64,000 nt of DNA from an uncultured Actinomycetota bacterium (lineage in GTDB: Bacteria; Actinomycetota; Actinomycetes; Mycobacteriales; Mycobacteriaceae): assembly GCA_963843125.1 (NCBI GenBank), contig CAWJIX010000007.1:741580-805579 (forward strand), read 5' to 3'. Under the pieces are notes generated by a model, which did not search any database, was not told the DNA's origin, and saw nothing but the letters and a program-made list of their open reading frames with translations. Positions 20,065 to 29,090 of the stretch are shown here, in pieces (the first letter of the stretch is position 1; each line of letters opens with the position of its first letter). The translations under genes and the position numbers were made by a program.

Positions 20065-21770
20065 CCTGAATCCGTGGATGGGCCGGCGATTTGATCGGCG
20101 TGTGAACAGCGAAAATGCCCTCTGGCCTGGGATAATACGAGTGCTGACGTCGCATTTGTCCACAGTCCGAGAAGGCACTTTCGATGCACTCATCGTATAC
20201 GTTGACCGCCGACTCGGCGGTGTTTGACGAGCAGAATTTGGTGTCGGCGGCCGGGTTGGTGCCAGTGCTGGAACTTGCTGAGCAGACCGGTCTTTCGCGC
20301 CTGATCGGCGAGCACGTGCAGCTGCCCTCGACGCGGGTGAAGTCCGGTGCGGTCAACCCGGCCGGCAAGCTGACCTCGATCATCGCCGGAATGATGTGCG
20401 GCGCGGACAGCATCGATGACGCGAACGTGCTGCGCGCCGGCGGCACGCCACGGGTGTTCGATGAGGTGTATGCGCCGTCGACGTTGGGGATCTTCTTGCG
20501 CGAGTTCACCTTCGGGCACAGTAAACAACTCGCCGCGGTAGCCCGGGCGCATCTGGTGGCGCTTGCGGCGCGCACCCCGCTGCTGGCCGGGGCAGAAGAG
20601 CGGTTGTTCTTGGACATCGACTCGCTGCTGCGCCCGGTCTACGGCCACCACAAGCAGGGCGCCTCGTTCGGGCACACCAAGATCGCCAGCCGTGCGCTGC
20701 TGCGCCTGGGCCTGTCCCCGCAGATCACCACCATCTCCACGGCCACCGCGCCGCCGGTGATCGCTGAGGCGCAGCTGCGCAGCGGGCGGGCTGCTTCCGG
20801 GCGCGGTGGCGCCCGCCAAGTCAAGCAGGCCATTACCACCGCGAAAGCGATCAACCCCGACGCGACGATCATGGTGCGCGGCGACTCGATGTTCGGCACG
20901 AAAAAGGTGATCACCACCTGCGTGGCCGACGGCGTGCACTTCTCCCTGTCGGTGAGCCGCAACAAGCGCATCAGCGCCGCGATCGCCGCCATCGACGAGG
21001 CCGCCTACACCCCGGTGCATTACCCGGGCGCGGTCGAAGACCCTGACACCGGGCAGTTGATCTCTGATGCCCAGGTCGCCGAAACGCCCTACCCCCTGCG
21101 GCTGGGCCGCGGTCGCACGCTGACCGCCCGCCTGGTGGTGCGCCGGGTCAAAGACGCCCGCTACCCCGATGCGTTGTTTCCGGTGTGGCGCTATCACCCG
21201 TTTGTCACCAACTCCGCACTGCCGGTCGCCGAGGCCGATATCACCCACCGTCGCCACGCCATCATCGAAACCACCTTCGCTGACTTGATCGACGGACCGC
21301 TGGCTCATATCCCCTCCGGGCTGTTCGCCGCCAACTGCGCCTGGCTGGCATGTGCGGTGATCGCCCATAACCTGCTGCGCGCCGCGGGCACCCTCGCCGG
21401 CGGTCGCCACGCCGTGGCCCGTGGCGCCACCCTGCGCCGCGCCCTGGTCAACGTGCCCGCCCGCTTCGCCGCCCCGGCCCGCAAACCCATGCTGCACCTG
21501 CCCGCTCACTGGCCCTGGCAAACCGGATGGAAAACGCTGTGGGACAACGTCATCGGCTACCACTACCCGAGCGCCCAACCCCGCGCCGCCTGACCCCACC
21601 GCCAAGCCCCTGTCCACCCCCGGCCACCCAGGCCCGACCCAAGGACCCCCGCAACAAGGAAAAGCTGGTGCAGGCCAGCAGATCACCCATGCCCACACCG
21701 CGCCATAACCGACCGCAGACCAGCGCAACCCGCCGACAGCAACACGAAATCACCCATCCACGGATTCAGG
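20065..21770 (+). mobile_element. IS1380-family insertion sequence, 1706 bp
   Basis: Perfect 18-bp terminal IRs CCTGAATCCGTGGATGGG (20065-20082, 21753-21770); 5-bp TSD CTAAG (20060-20064, 21771-21775). Confidence 0.95.
20184..21593 (+). CDS. IS1380-family DDE transposase
   Basis: 469 aa; LVSAAGLVPV, LDIDS, RGDSMFG, RRHAIIE, LFAANCAW; open frame inside the IRs. Confidence 0.93.
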   Translation: MHSSYTLTADSAVFDEQNLVSAAGLVPVLELAEQTGLSRLIGEHVQLPSTRVKSGAVNPAGKLTSIIAGMMCGADSIDDANVLRAGGTPRVFDEVYAPSTLGIFLREFTFGHSKQLAAVARAHLVALAARTPLLAGAEERLFLDIDSLLRPVYGHHKQGASFGHTKIASRALLRLGLSPQITTISTATAPPVIAEAQLRSGRAASGRGGARQVKQAITTAKAINPDATIMVRGDSMFGTKKVITTCVADGVHFSLSVSRNKRISAAIAAIDEAAYTPVHYPGAVEDPDTGQLISDAQVAETPYPLRLGRGRTLTARLVVRRVKDARYPDALFPVWRYHPFVTNSALPVAEADITHRRHAIIETTFADLIDGPLAHIPSGLFAANCAWLACAVIAHNLLRAAGTLAGGRHAVARGATLRRALVNVPARFAAPARKPMLHLPAHWPWQTGWKTLWDNVIGYHYPSAQPRAA

Positions 21771-21927
21771 CTAAGTGCTCTACGTGGAGCTCCTTGCATA
21801 TGTTTCGCTCACCCCAAGGAGGTCAGCTGGACGCCTTCGCTCTCGCAGCGATTTGCGGTTCGGCCTCGCCCGGTGGGCCATCGGCCTAGGCTTCGATCAA
21901 GATCGCCTTCGGTGCGAGGAGTACGCC

Positions 21928-23235
21928 ATGGAGGTCCACAGTCGACGCCGTGTCTCGACGATCGCCATCATCGCCTCCGCCACGGCCAGCGCTGCTGTCG
22001 TGATGGCTGGTTGCACGTCGACGCCCTCGACGACGACGGCGTCGGGCACCACGACCACGGCCGGCACGACGTCACCGTCGAGCGCCCTCAAGCCGATAGA
22101 TCAGGCCGCCCTGCAAAGCGTTGTCGAGAAGGCCGTCAAGGACATGCAGGTCCCGGGCGCGGTGGTCGCGATCCGCACACCGCAGGGCAGCTACACCGTG
22201 GCGGTCGGCACCACGGAACTGGACAAGAAGACGCCGCCGGCCCCGAACACGCACTTTCGCATCGCCTCGAACTCCAAGACGATGACCGCGGCGTTGGTCG
22301 TGCTGCTCGCGCAGGACGGCAAGCTCAAGTTCACCGACCCGGTCTCTGACTACGTCCTCGACGTACCCAACGGCGACCACATAACAGTCGCCGATCTGCT
22401 GACGATGCGCAGCGGGCTGTACAACTACACCAGCGCACCGGAATTAGCCGCGCAGCTCGACGCCGACCCCGCGAAAGTCTGGACACCGCAGGAGGTCCTG
22501 GCCATCGCGTTCGCACACCCACCCAACGCCGCACCGAACACCAAATACGAATACAACAACACCAACTACGCGCTGCTCGGCCTGATCGCCGAAAAGGCAG
22601 GTGGCCGGCCGCTGGCAGAGCAGCTGCAGAACAGGCTCTTCGGACCGCTGGGGCTGGCGCAGACCTCGCTACCGGCCGTCGACGACACCTCGATTCCGAG
22701 TCCGTACTCGCACGGCTACATGTACGGCGGCTCGGTGCACGCGATGGTCGACGATCCCTACCCAGCTGACCTCAAGGCAGCCGGCAAAGCCGGAACGCTG
22801 AAGCCCGTCGACTACACCCACCAGAATCCCTCCTACGCCCACGCCGCCGGTGGCGTCATCTCCACCGCCGATGACATGGCGACCTGGATGCGAGCGCTGG
22901 TGTCGGGCAAGGTGTTCGACGCCGACTACCAACGGCAGTGGCTGGGCAGCCCGCAAGCCGAGGATCCCGATAAGCCCGACTGGCAGAAGTACGGCTACGG
23001 CATCTCGTATCAGCGATTCGGCCCGACCGCGGCGATGTACTACCACGGCGGCGAGATGCCGGGCTTCAACTCGTTCATGGGCTACGACCCCGATAGCGAT
23101 GTGTCGCTGGTCATTTGGACCAACTTGACTCTTTCGCTCGACGACCAGACCACCGCGCAGGCACTGCTGTCGACCGTCCTCGACGAGATCTACAGCGGCC
23201 TGTCGCTGGCGTCGACGCCGACCACCACGCGATAA
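21928..23235 (+). CDS. Serine hydrolase (beta-lactamase/D-Ala-D-Ala peptidase fold) lipoprotein
   Basis: Lipobox MAGC, SxxK (ASNSK), YxN (YNNTNY), HGG; GAGGAG RBS before ATG 21928. Confidence 0.88.
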   Translation: MEVHSRRRVSTIAIIASATASAAVVMAGCTSTPSTTTASGTTTTAGTTSPSSALKPIDQAALQSVVEKAVKDMQVPGAVVAIRTPQGSYTVAVGTTELDKKTPPAPNTHFRIASNSKTMTAALVVLLAQDGKLKFTDPVSDYVLDVPNGDHITVADLLTMRSGLYNYTSAPELAAQLDADPAKVWTPQEVLAIAFAHPPNAAPNTKYEYNNTNYALLGLIAEKAGGRPLAEQLQNRLFGPLGLAQTSLPAVDDTSIPSPYSHGYMYGGSVHAMVDDPYPADLKAAGKAGTLKPVDYTHQNPSYAHAAGGVISTADDMATWMRALVSGKVFDADYQRQWLGSPQAEDPDKPDWQKYGYGISYQRFGPTAAMYYHGGEMPGFNSFMGYDPDSDVSLVIWTNLTLSLDDQTTAQALLSTVLDEIYSGLSLASTPTTTR

Positions 23236-23239
23236 ACGG

Positions 23240-24463
23240 TCAGATGTTGGCGTTACCGGCGCGCCACTGATCCCACGGGATGTTCCAGTCGCCGAGGCCG
23301 TCGGTGCCCGGCAGGATCGACCCCACCGTGTTCGAAATCTGCACGATGTCGCCGCGCTTGGTGTTGTTGAAGAACCATTGCGCGTTACTTGTACTGACGT
23401 TCAGGCAGCCGTGGCTGACGTTGCTGTAGCCCTGGCTGCCGACCGACCACGGCGCGGCATGAACATAAATCCCGCTGTAGGAGATCTGCGTGGCGTAGTC
23501 CACCTCGGTGCGATATCCGTTGGGCGAGTTCGACGGCACGCCGTACGTCGACGAGTCCATGACCAAGTGGCCGAATCGGTCGCCCACGATGTAGGTGCCG
23601 TTGTTGGTGGGAGTGCTGCTCTTGCCCATCGAGATCGGCATCGTCTTGATGACTTCGCCGTTGCGGCGGATCGTGAGTGTCTTGGTGTTGTCGTCCGCGG
23701 TCGCGATCACCTCGTCGCCGATGGTGAAGTGCGTGGTGACGTCCTCCTGGCCGAACAGGCCGTCGCCGAGATCGACGCCATAGGTATTCACCGCCACGTC
23801 CACCGTCGTACCCGGCTTCCAGTACTCCGCTGGGCGCCAACGCACTTCGCGGTTGCTGAGCCAGTAGAACGCACCCTCGACCGGCGGATTGGTGCTGACG
23901 GTAATCGCCCGCTGCGCCGCCAATCGGTTCGGGATGTTCTCGTCGAAGCGGACCGCGACGGGCTGACCGATGCCGACGACCTCGCCGTCGTTCGGCAACA
24001 CATAGGGCATGGTCAGGTTCTCGGGCGAATGCGTCTGGAACGTCATCTGCTGACTGGTTGCACCGCCCAGCCCCAACGACTGCGCGTTGAGCGTGTAGCG
24101 GGCGTTGTAACCGAGCGGTTCGGTGGTGTGCCAGGTCAGACCATCGGGACTGAGCTCACCGGCGACCGGGGTGCCCTCGTCGTCGTTGATCATCGTGACC
24201 GCGCCAAGCACGCCGTCCTCGGCAGCAACCGTGACGGGCTGATCCACGGTCACGCCGACGGCACCGTCCTTCACCGAAGCCGTGAGCTTCGGCACCAGCA
24301 GGTCACCGAAAGGCGTCCCTTTGTCTGTGATGACCTGAGGTTGCGCAGGAGCAGAGTTGCCGCCACAGGCGCTCAGGGCGAAGATCAGGGCCGGCACCAG
24401 GGCGAATGCCATCATCAGGGCGCGAAAACGACGCGGACGGGCCACCTCGTGGACCTGCCACAT
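23240..24463 (-). CDS. ldtB: L,D-transpeptidase 2 lipoprotein
   Basis: Lipobox LSAC, two Ig-like domains, catalytic HAAPW...SHGCLN, C-terminal WNIPWDQW. Confidence 0.95.
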   Translation of the reverse strand: MWQVHEVARPRRFRALMMAFALVPALIFALSACGGNSAPAQPQVITDKGTPFGDLLVPKLTASVKDGAVGVTVDQPVTVAAEDGVLGAVTMINDDEGTPVAGELSPDGLTWHTTEPLGYNARYTLNAQSLGLGGATSQQMTFQTHSPENLTMPYVLPNDGEVVGIGQPVAVRFDENIPNRLAAQRAITVSTNPPVEGAFYWLSNREVRWRPAEYWKPGTTVDVAVNTYGVDLGDGLFGQEDVTTHFTIGDEVIATADDNTKTLTIRRNGEVIKTMPISMGKSSTPTNNGTYIVGDRFGHLVMDSSTYGVPSNSPNGYRTEVDYATQISYSGIYVHAAPWSVGSQGYSNVSHGCLNVSTSNAQWFFNNTKRGDIVQISNTVGSILPGTDGLGDWNIPWDQWRAGNANI

Positions 24464-24621
24464 AATTGCTCCAACTCTTAACGGGACACGCTCGTAGGGA
24501 TTCTTGGCAATAGTCTAAGGGCAACCTGGGAATGAGCGCGACTTCGCTGAGAGCCTCCCCAGGCGGGGGCCGGGAAAGGGATTTCACCCAGCAGTGCTGG
24601 GCCTGTTATTGTCGCCTACGC

Positions 24622-24694
<73 letters not shown>

Positions 24695-24738
24695 CTTCAA
24701 AGGCTATTTTAGGCTGCTGTATCCGCCCGACTGGACGT

Positions 24739-24995
24739 TTATTGGACGTTTATGGCGTCGTCGAGGGCGTCTGCGACCTGCGCGTGCAGTTTGCCGCGCG
24801 TCATGTAGACGTCTTGAGTCATCGACGGCCTGGCGTGACCCAGCTGATCAGCGCCTATGCGGGCCGAGAGGCCCCGGTCGTCGATCAGGGTGGCCACGCT
24901 CTTGCGGAAGCTGTGAGTTGTGACCACGGGAAGACCCAGCTGGCTCGCGCACTCTGCGCCAGTCCCGCGGCCATCACCGATCCGAAATTGGACGA
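24739..24995 (-). pseudogene. Tyrosine integrase C-terminal remnant with frameshifts
   Basis: TTHSFRKSVAT (HxxR), QLGHARPSMTQDVY (H, Y); upstream pieces WRRVRE and SNFG in other frames; ends 45 bp from tRNA-Lys. Confidence 0.85.
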
Positions 24996-25159
24996 ATTGC
25001 GTTCGGCTGCCAACTCTTTCAACAGCCAGTACGAAAGAACGGCCCTTATCAACGCTACGCCACGGCGACAACCTGACTCCAGCCCGCAGTGATGGTAGTG
25101 CTCTGTGTTTGCACCAATTGGCCGGCGGCGTCGATGTGGCAGATCGCCAGCAAGCGCCG

Positions 25160-25306
25160 GTGAGGGCGGCCTCGTACTCGGCTGGTGGAACGTAGCCGAG
25201 GGCTTCGTGCAGGCGTTCCTGGTTGTACCAGGCCACCCATACTGCGGTCGACAGTTCGATGTCGTCGATGCACCGCCACGGCTTGCCGCGGTGAATCAGC
25301 TCGGTC
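25160..25306 (-). pseudogene. IS3-family transposase C-terminal fragment
   Basis: TELIHRGKPWRCIDDIELSTAVWVAWYNQERLHEALGYVPPAEYEA; no terminal IR seen; boundaries approximate. Confidence 0.82.
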
Positions 25307-25466
25307 AGGACGCCGCGGGTGTCCCAGAAGACCTTTGGGACCTGCTTCCTGGGTACTCGACCTTCCGGTTCGTGTTTTGCGAGTCGGCCCCTTAGTGGAC
25401 CCGAACGCATCCCCACGGACGCGCCGGGGCCGCCGTCCCTGGATTTAAGGTTTCCGACGTCCTCGT

Positions 25467-26849
25467 CTACGGGCAGTTAGCGTTTTTCCCGCTGCCGCCC
25501 CACCAGAAGTACGAGCCCCAACTAGAGCCGCTCAACATGTGCGACTCGATTCCGTAGCAGGCAGGAAATTCCGACAGCGCGGTGCCATTGAAGTCAGACA
25601 TTGCGCCTTCCGTTGTTGATTGGTAGCGCAGGTTGCTCATGTAGGCGCAATGCTGCCACCCTTCATAAGGCCAATGGCCGTTTCCCATATCCGTGGAGGT
25701 CGTACCCGCGTGGCCGTCGGAATCGACGACTTCACCCCCCCAAAGGAGTTGATCAGCGTAGTCCCGAAGACCAGTGGTGTCATACAAGCTTGCAGGGTAG
25801 AACCCGATCCAGGTGCCGTTGACCTTCACCCACCAGTTGCCCTGCCACAGCTGGATTTTCAGAGCCATGATGTATTGCGTGCCGCCCGACTGACTTAGCG
25901 GCGTACACAGGCTGCCGGGGTGGATGGTGCTCGCGTACTGTTGCCACCCGCCCACCTCTGTGTTGTATCCACCAAGTTCCTTGCCAGTGTCCTTGTCCTT
26001 GCCAAACTTGGTGTACCCGTTGGTCGTGAAGAACGTGAAGAGGTGCGGTACCCAGTCGCCATATTTGTCGCGGTATTCCTGGCATCCAACCTCGAGTGTT
26101 TGCAGATTCGTGCCACTCCCTCGAACTAGCCACAGTTGGCCGAGTGAGAATTCATCGGACCAATTCGTATAGGGGTCCCAAGCGTTGATGTTGCCCTCAG
26201 TCCCATAGCAGGTAACGCTCTGGGTTGCGTAGACGTGCTTGTGAACGTCGGTACCTGGCACCTCGTAGCCAAATGCCTTGCCGGCGGGTGGCACGCGGTT
26301 TGCCCGGATACCCTTCGCTAGCCAATCGTTGAGGCTGGCCGTCGACGTGATTCGGTCGATTGGGGTGTGCAGCAATGGCACTGTTCCGCGCGGCCCTCGT
26401 TCTACGCTCTTTGTCTCGAGTTCGAACGTCACCAACTCGGCCCGCCGCTCGCCCTGCTGGAGCCTCGGCGGACTGTCCTCGTCCGGCGGATCGGCCGGAC
26501 GCCAACCACGTTGCGATTCGACAGGGACCCAGTCGATCTCGATGCCTCCGGGAGTCCGCGTTCGCATGATCACATCGCGGCGCGCGTACCTGTCAGCGAG
26601 GTATTGTCGGATCTCCTCGAGCCGCTCCGCGGACTGACGCTCCAGGATCTCCTCGGGGATCGAGGCGCCTTCACCCACGTCGTCGTCGCGCTCAGGATTG
26701 CGCTCGAATTTGCCCTTTGGCAAAGGTGTGTTCTGTGCCACGGACGTCTTCTTTGGTACCGACGTCTTCTTCGCGACCGACGTCTTCTTTGGTACCGCCA
26801 CCCTCTTCGTGGCCGTAGCCTTCTTCGCGGCTGATGTCTTTCTTGCCAT
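25467..26849 (-). CDS. Neprosin-family (DUF239) glutamic peptidase with pro-domain and Lys-rich N-terminal tail
   Basis: Pro-domain motifs IEIDWVPVESQ and PRGTVPL; catalytic domain SLGQLW, TLEVG, GNWW, IGFYPASLY, WGGEV, DMGNGH; AGGAGG RBS. Confidence 0.82.
   Translation of the reverse strand: MARKTSAAKKATATKRVAVPKKTSVAKKTSVPKKTSVAQNTPLPKGKFERNPERDDDVGEGASIPEEILERQSAERLEEIRQYLADRYARRDVIMRTRTPGGIEIDWVPVESQRGWRPADPPDEDSPPRLQQGERRAELVTFELETKSVERGPRGTVPLLHTPIDRITSTASLNDWLAKGIRANRVPPAGKAFGYEVPGTDVHKHVYATQSVTCYGTEGNINAWDPYTNWSDEFSLGQLWLVRGSGTNLQTLEVGCQEYRDKYGDWVPHLFTFFTTNGYTKFGKDKDTGKELGGYNTEVGGWQQYASTIHPGSLCTPLSQSGGTQYIMALKIQLWQGNWWVKVNGTWIGFYPASLYDTTGLRDYADQLLWGGEVVDSDGHAGTTSTDMGNGHWPYEGWQHCAYMSNLRYQSTTEGAMSDFNGTALSEFPACYGIESHMLSGSSWGSYFWWGGSGKNANCP
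26743..26796. repeat. 3 x 18-bp tandem repeat encoding V(P/A)KKTS
   Basis: GACGTCTTCTTTGGTACC / GACGTCTTCTTCGCGACC / GACGTCTTCTTTGGTACC. Confidence 0.9.
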
Positions 26850-26916
26850 CGGGGTTTCCTCCTAACGGTTTGTGAACCTCGCCGCCAAACTTAAAACCCC
26901 GGTCAGCTGAGACGAT

Positions 26917-26932
26917 GCGTAGTGCGGTACTT
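26917..26932 (-). promoter_or_regulatory. Putative activator box upstream of the neprosin gene
   Basis: AAGTAC-CGCA-CTACGC on the minus strand, 23 nt before TAAGTT (26893-26888). Confidence 0.55.
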
Positions 26933-27269
26933 CAGTTTTGGAAGATCGCCGCGCTGAGTACTGCAGTCCTTTTTCGCGTTCCGTCCTTGTCGTGGAAGAA
27001 AAGTTGCAACAAACATCTCCACGTTCAATGCATTCTCAGACGGCAAGCTCGACACGTGGGCTGATCGGAGCGTGACCGCCCAAGCGCGTTAGGAGGGCAA
27101 CGGCGATCCGGGATGATCGCGGGTCACGCGGCTGACTCGGGTTGGCGGCGAGCGCATTCGCCATCACCGCGAGCTGCAGGGCACCACGATGTCACACCTT
27201 CACGCTCCGCAACATGCAAGCCGGTGCCGGTGCGCGTTTGCCGACGATGTGTACACCGGCCGCAACCTT

Positions 27270-27450
27270 CTATCGGTGTTCGATCACCGACACCGTTCCG
27301 TCGTCCCGATTGGTTACCTAGACGGTGTGTGTGTGCTCGGGTCCACCGCCATCCGGCCGGGGCTCTTGCCGACGACACGGTGGAGGTGACGTACGCGTCG
27401 ACCCATCGATCACCGACACCGCCTTGTCGACCCGCTGACGACGTAGGGCC
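27270..27450 (-). pseudogene. Degraded YVTN beta-propeller repeat gene (3' remnant)
   Basis: 16-bp repeat at 27280 and 27406 (126 bp = 42 codons) encodes VSVI(D/E). Reconstructed DKAVSVIDGSTRT..GKSPGRMAVDPSTH TV*VTNRDDGTVSVIEHR-stop, with frameshifts and a nonsense codon at 27318-27320. Confidence 0.75.
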
Positions 27451-27477
27451 GAGGAGCTGCCCTGACAGCGTCCGTCT

Positions 27478-28626
27478 TCACGGCGACGTTGGATGATCCC
27501 TTTCGCGATCGGCCGCTCGGCGTGGGTCCTCGTGTTGTCCGGCCTCTGTGGTCGTAGTGCCGAAGCGTCGCTCCATTTGCGCGACCGTGACTACTTCGTC
27601 ACGGTCTAGCACCCGGTCAAGCCGGTCGCCGATGGTGAGCGCGACATATCGCCGGGGTTGCGAAACAATGCGAAACCGCTGATGTGGGGTCACTGGGCCG
27701 CTGGGTACCGATTGGATGTCGAGGTCTTCCTGCATCCACCGTCGGAGAGCGCTGCTGCTGACGAGGTCTGCCATGGATTGCTCGCCGTACTCACCGACCA
27801 CGGCGGGCCACCTGTCGATGATTGTCGCGATCGTGGCGGCGGCATCATCGGTGTCCGCTGCGGTGTCACGGCGGGCCCGTCGATAAGCCGACTCATAGTC
27901 GTCCGAGGAGAAGGCCCGCGCGAGTCGCTTGCGTACGTCGCGAGGCGACGCGATTCCTACGAAGATCTGTTCATCGCGCGACCGGACGAACACCAAAGCC
28001 TCGACGTCCGTGTAGTCCTGCGCCAGGGCAGCGACAAGGAAGAGCCTGGTCGACCACCAATAGTCGTCGTTTCGGAGATTGATTTGAAGAAGTTTCGACC
28101 TTCTCTGCACCACCTCCTCCATCGGACCCGACAGCCCGGATGCAGATGAGCCGACAACTGAAGTATCGATGGACGGTTGGCCCTGGCCCATGGCATCCGA
28201 CAGGTCGCCGGCCACGGCTTTGCTGTCACCCGCCATGGGCGCAGCCACTTCTGACAAGTTGAGTTCAACGCCGAAAGCCTTGATGCCGGTTACCCGCTCC
28301 CCGATCACGGCGACGACGACCGGCGCGACCGCCACTACGCCGACGACTACTGCGTGCGCGATCGGCATCCCTATCGCCCACGCCAGGCAACAGCCGAGGG
28401 CGAAGATCGCCATGACTGCGTAACCGGCTGCCGCGGTGCACATCCGCGGATAGAGCAGATACCAACGAAACCATCGAATGCGAACGTGTTCACCCAGCCC
28501 TGCGCCGAACCGCGCGCCGCCGGACGATCCGTGCCGCCGCCAAAGATGAAGCGCTGACGCCATACTCACCCACCCCCTCTGAGCACGACCGTGCGCAACC
28601 GTCGACTCAGATTGATCCGAGTCCAC
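27478..28626 (-). CDS. Hypothetical membrane protein (2 TM helices plus soluble domain; start uncertain)
   Basis: 382-aa ORF; hydrophobic segments near residues 65-107; INLRNDDYWWSTRLFLVAALAQDYT block; C-terminus weakly CBS-like. Confidence 0.65.
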   Translation of the reverse strand: MDSDQSESTVAHGRAQRGWVSMASALHLWRRHGSSGGARFGAGLGEHVRIRWFRWYLLYPRMCTAAAGYAVMAIFALGCCLAWAIGMPIAHAVVVGVVAVAPVVVAVIGERVTGIKAFGVELNLSEVAAPMAGDSKAVAGDLSDAMGQGQPSIDTSVVGSSASGLSGPMEEVVQRRSKLLQINLRNDDYWWSTRLFLVAALAQDYTDVEALVFVRSRDEQIFVGIASPRDVRKRLARAFSSDDYESAYRRARRDTAADTDDAAATIATIIDRWPAVVGEYGEQSMADLVSSSALRRWMQEDLDIQSVPSGPVTPHQRFRIVSQPRRYVALTIGDRLDRVLDRDEVVTVAQMERRFGTTTTEAGQHEDPRRAADRERDHPTSP

Positions 28627-28700
28627 GCGTACGGCGCCACGCGTCCGCTCCAGGTTGTCTCTGTATCGCTGACTATGACCTGTTGCCGAAGAGGCGGCCT

Positions 28701-28716
28701 GCGTAGTGCGCTACGC
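28701..28716 (-). promoter_or_regulatory. Putative activator box upstream of the membrane-protein gene
   Basis: GCGTAG-CGCA-CTACGC (near-palindrome), 23 nt before CATAGT (28677-28672). Confidence 0.55.
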
Positions 28717-28751
28717 CAAGCCGCTTCCCCGGCGCGCGCGACGCTCGCGTA

Positions 28752-29039
28752 TCACTGCTTCCGCAGCAGATCGACCTCGGTGGCCGTCGTGACCCGTTGA
28801 GCCGGGAAGCCGGCGCGGTCGCACGTTTGCACGACGGCGCTAGCCGAGTCGGCGGTGAAGACAGCGAAGAGCACCTCGTCGGTCGGCACGGCGAGCAGGT
28901 TGAGCAGCTTGACCGGAGATCCCTGTGCCGACATCAGCACCGCCGAGTCCGTCAGGCGCGTCACCGTGTCGTCGAGGGGTTCATCCATGACGGCGGAGTG
29001 ATACCACTCGACGAGATAGCAGGGCACCGGAACAGTCAT
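28752..29039 (-). CDS. Small DUF4242/SCO4226-like protein
   Basis: CYLVEWY...LAVPTDEVLFAVF.A.S...V...C.RAG.P.QR pattern; leaderless TAGCGT 7 nt before the ATG. Confidence 0.65.
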   Translation of the reverse strand: MTVPVPCYLVEWYHSAVMDEPLDDTVTRLTDSAVLMSAQGSPVKLLNLLAVPTDEVLFAVFTADSASAVVQTCDRAGFPAQRVTTATEVDLLRKQ

Positions 29040-29075
29040 CGCCTGAACGCTAACCCCGATAGGAACGCCGAAAAA

Positions 29076-29090
29076 TCGGGTGTTTCCCTA
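29076..29090 (-). promoter_or_regulatory. Putative LuxR-type operator
   Basis: TAGGG-AAACA-CCCGA, 23 nt upstream of -10 TAGCGT (29052-29047); overlaps the LAL gene stop codon. Confidence 0.5.

Noticed and set aside
24739-25416. 225-aa ORF as a single protein
   Set aside because: Chance in-frame chimera of an IS3 fragment, spacer and integrase tail.
27460-27470. CCCTGACAGCG as attR copy of the tRNA-Lys 3' end
   Set aside because: Only 10 of 11 bases match and the flanks do not; expected by chance.
27113-27496. Plus-strand ORFs of 127 and 66 aa
   Set aside because: Poor SD spacing; the region is better explained by the minus-strand YVTN remnant.
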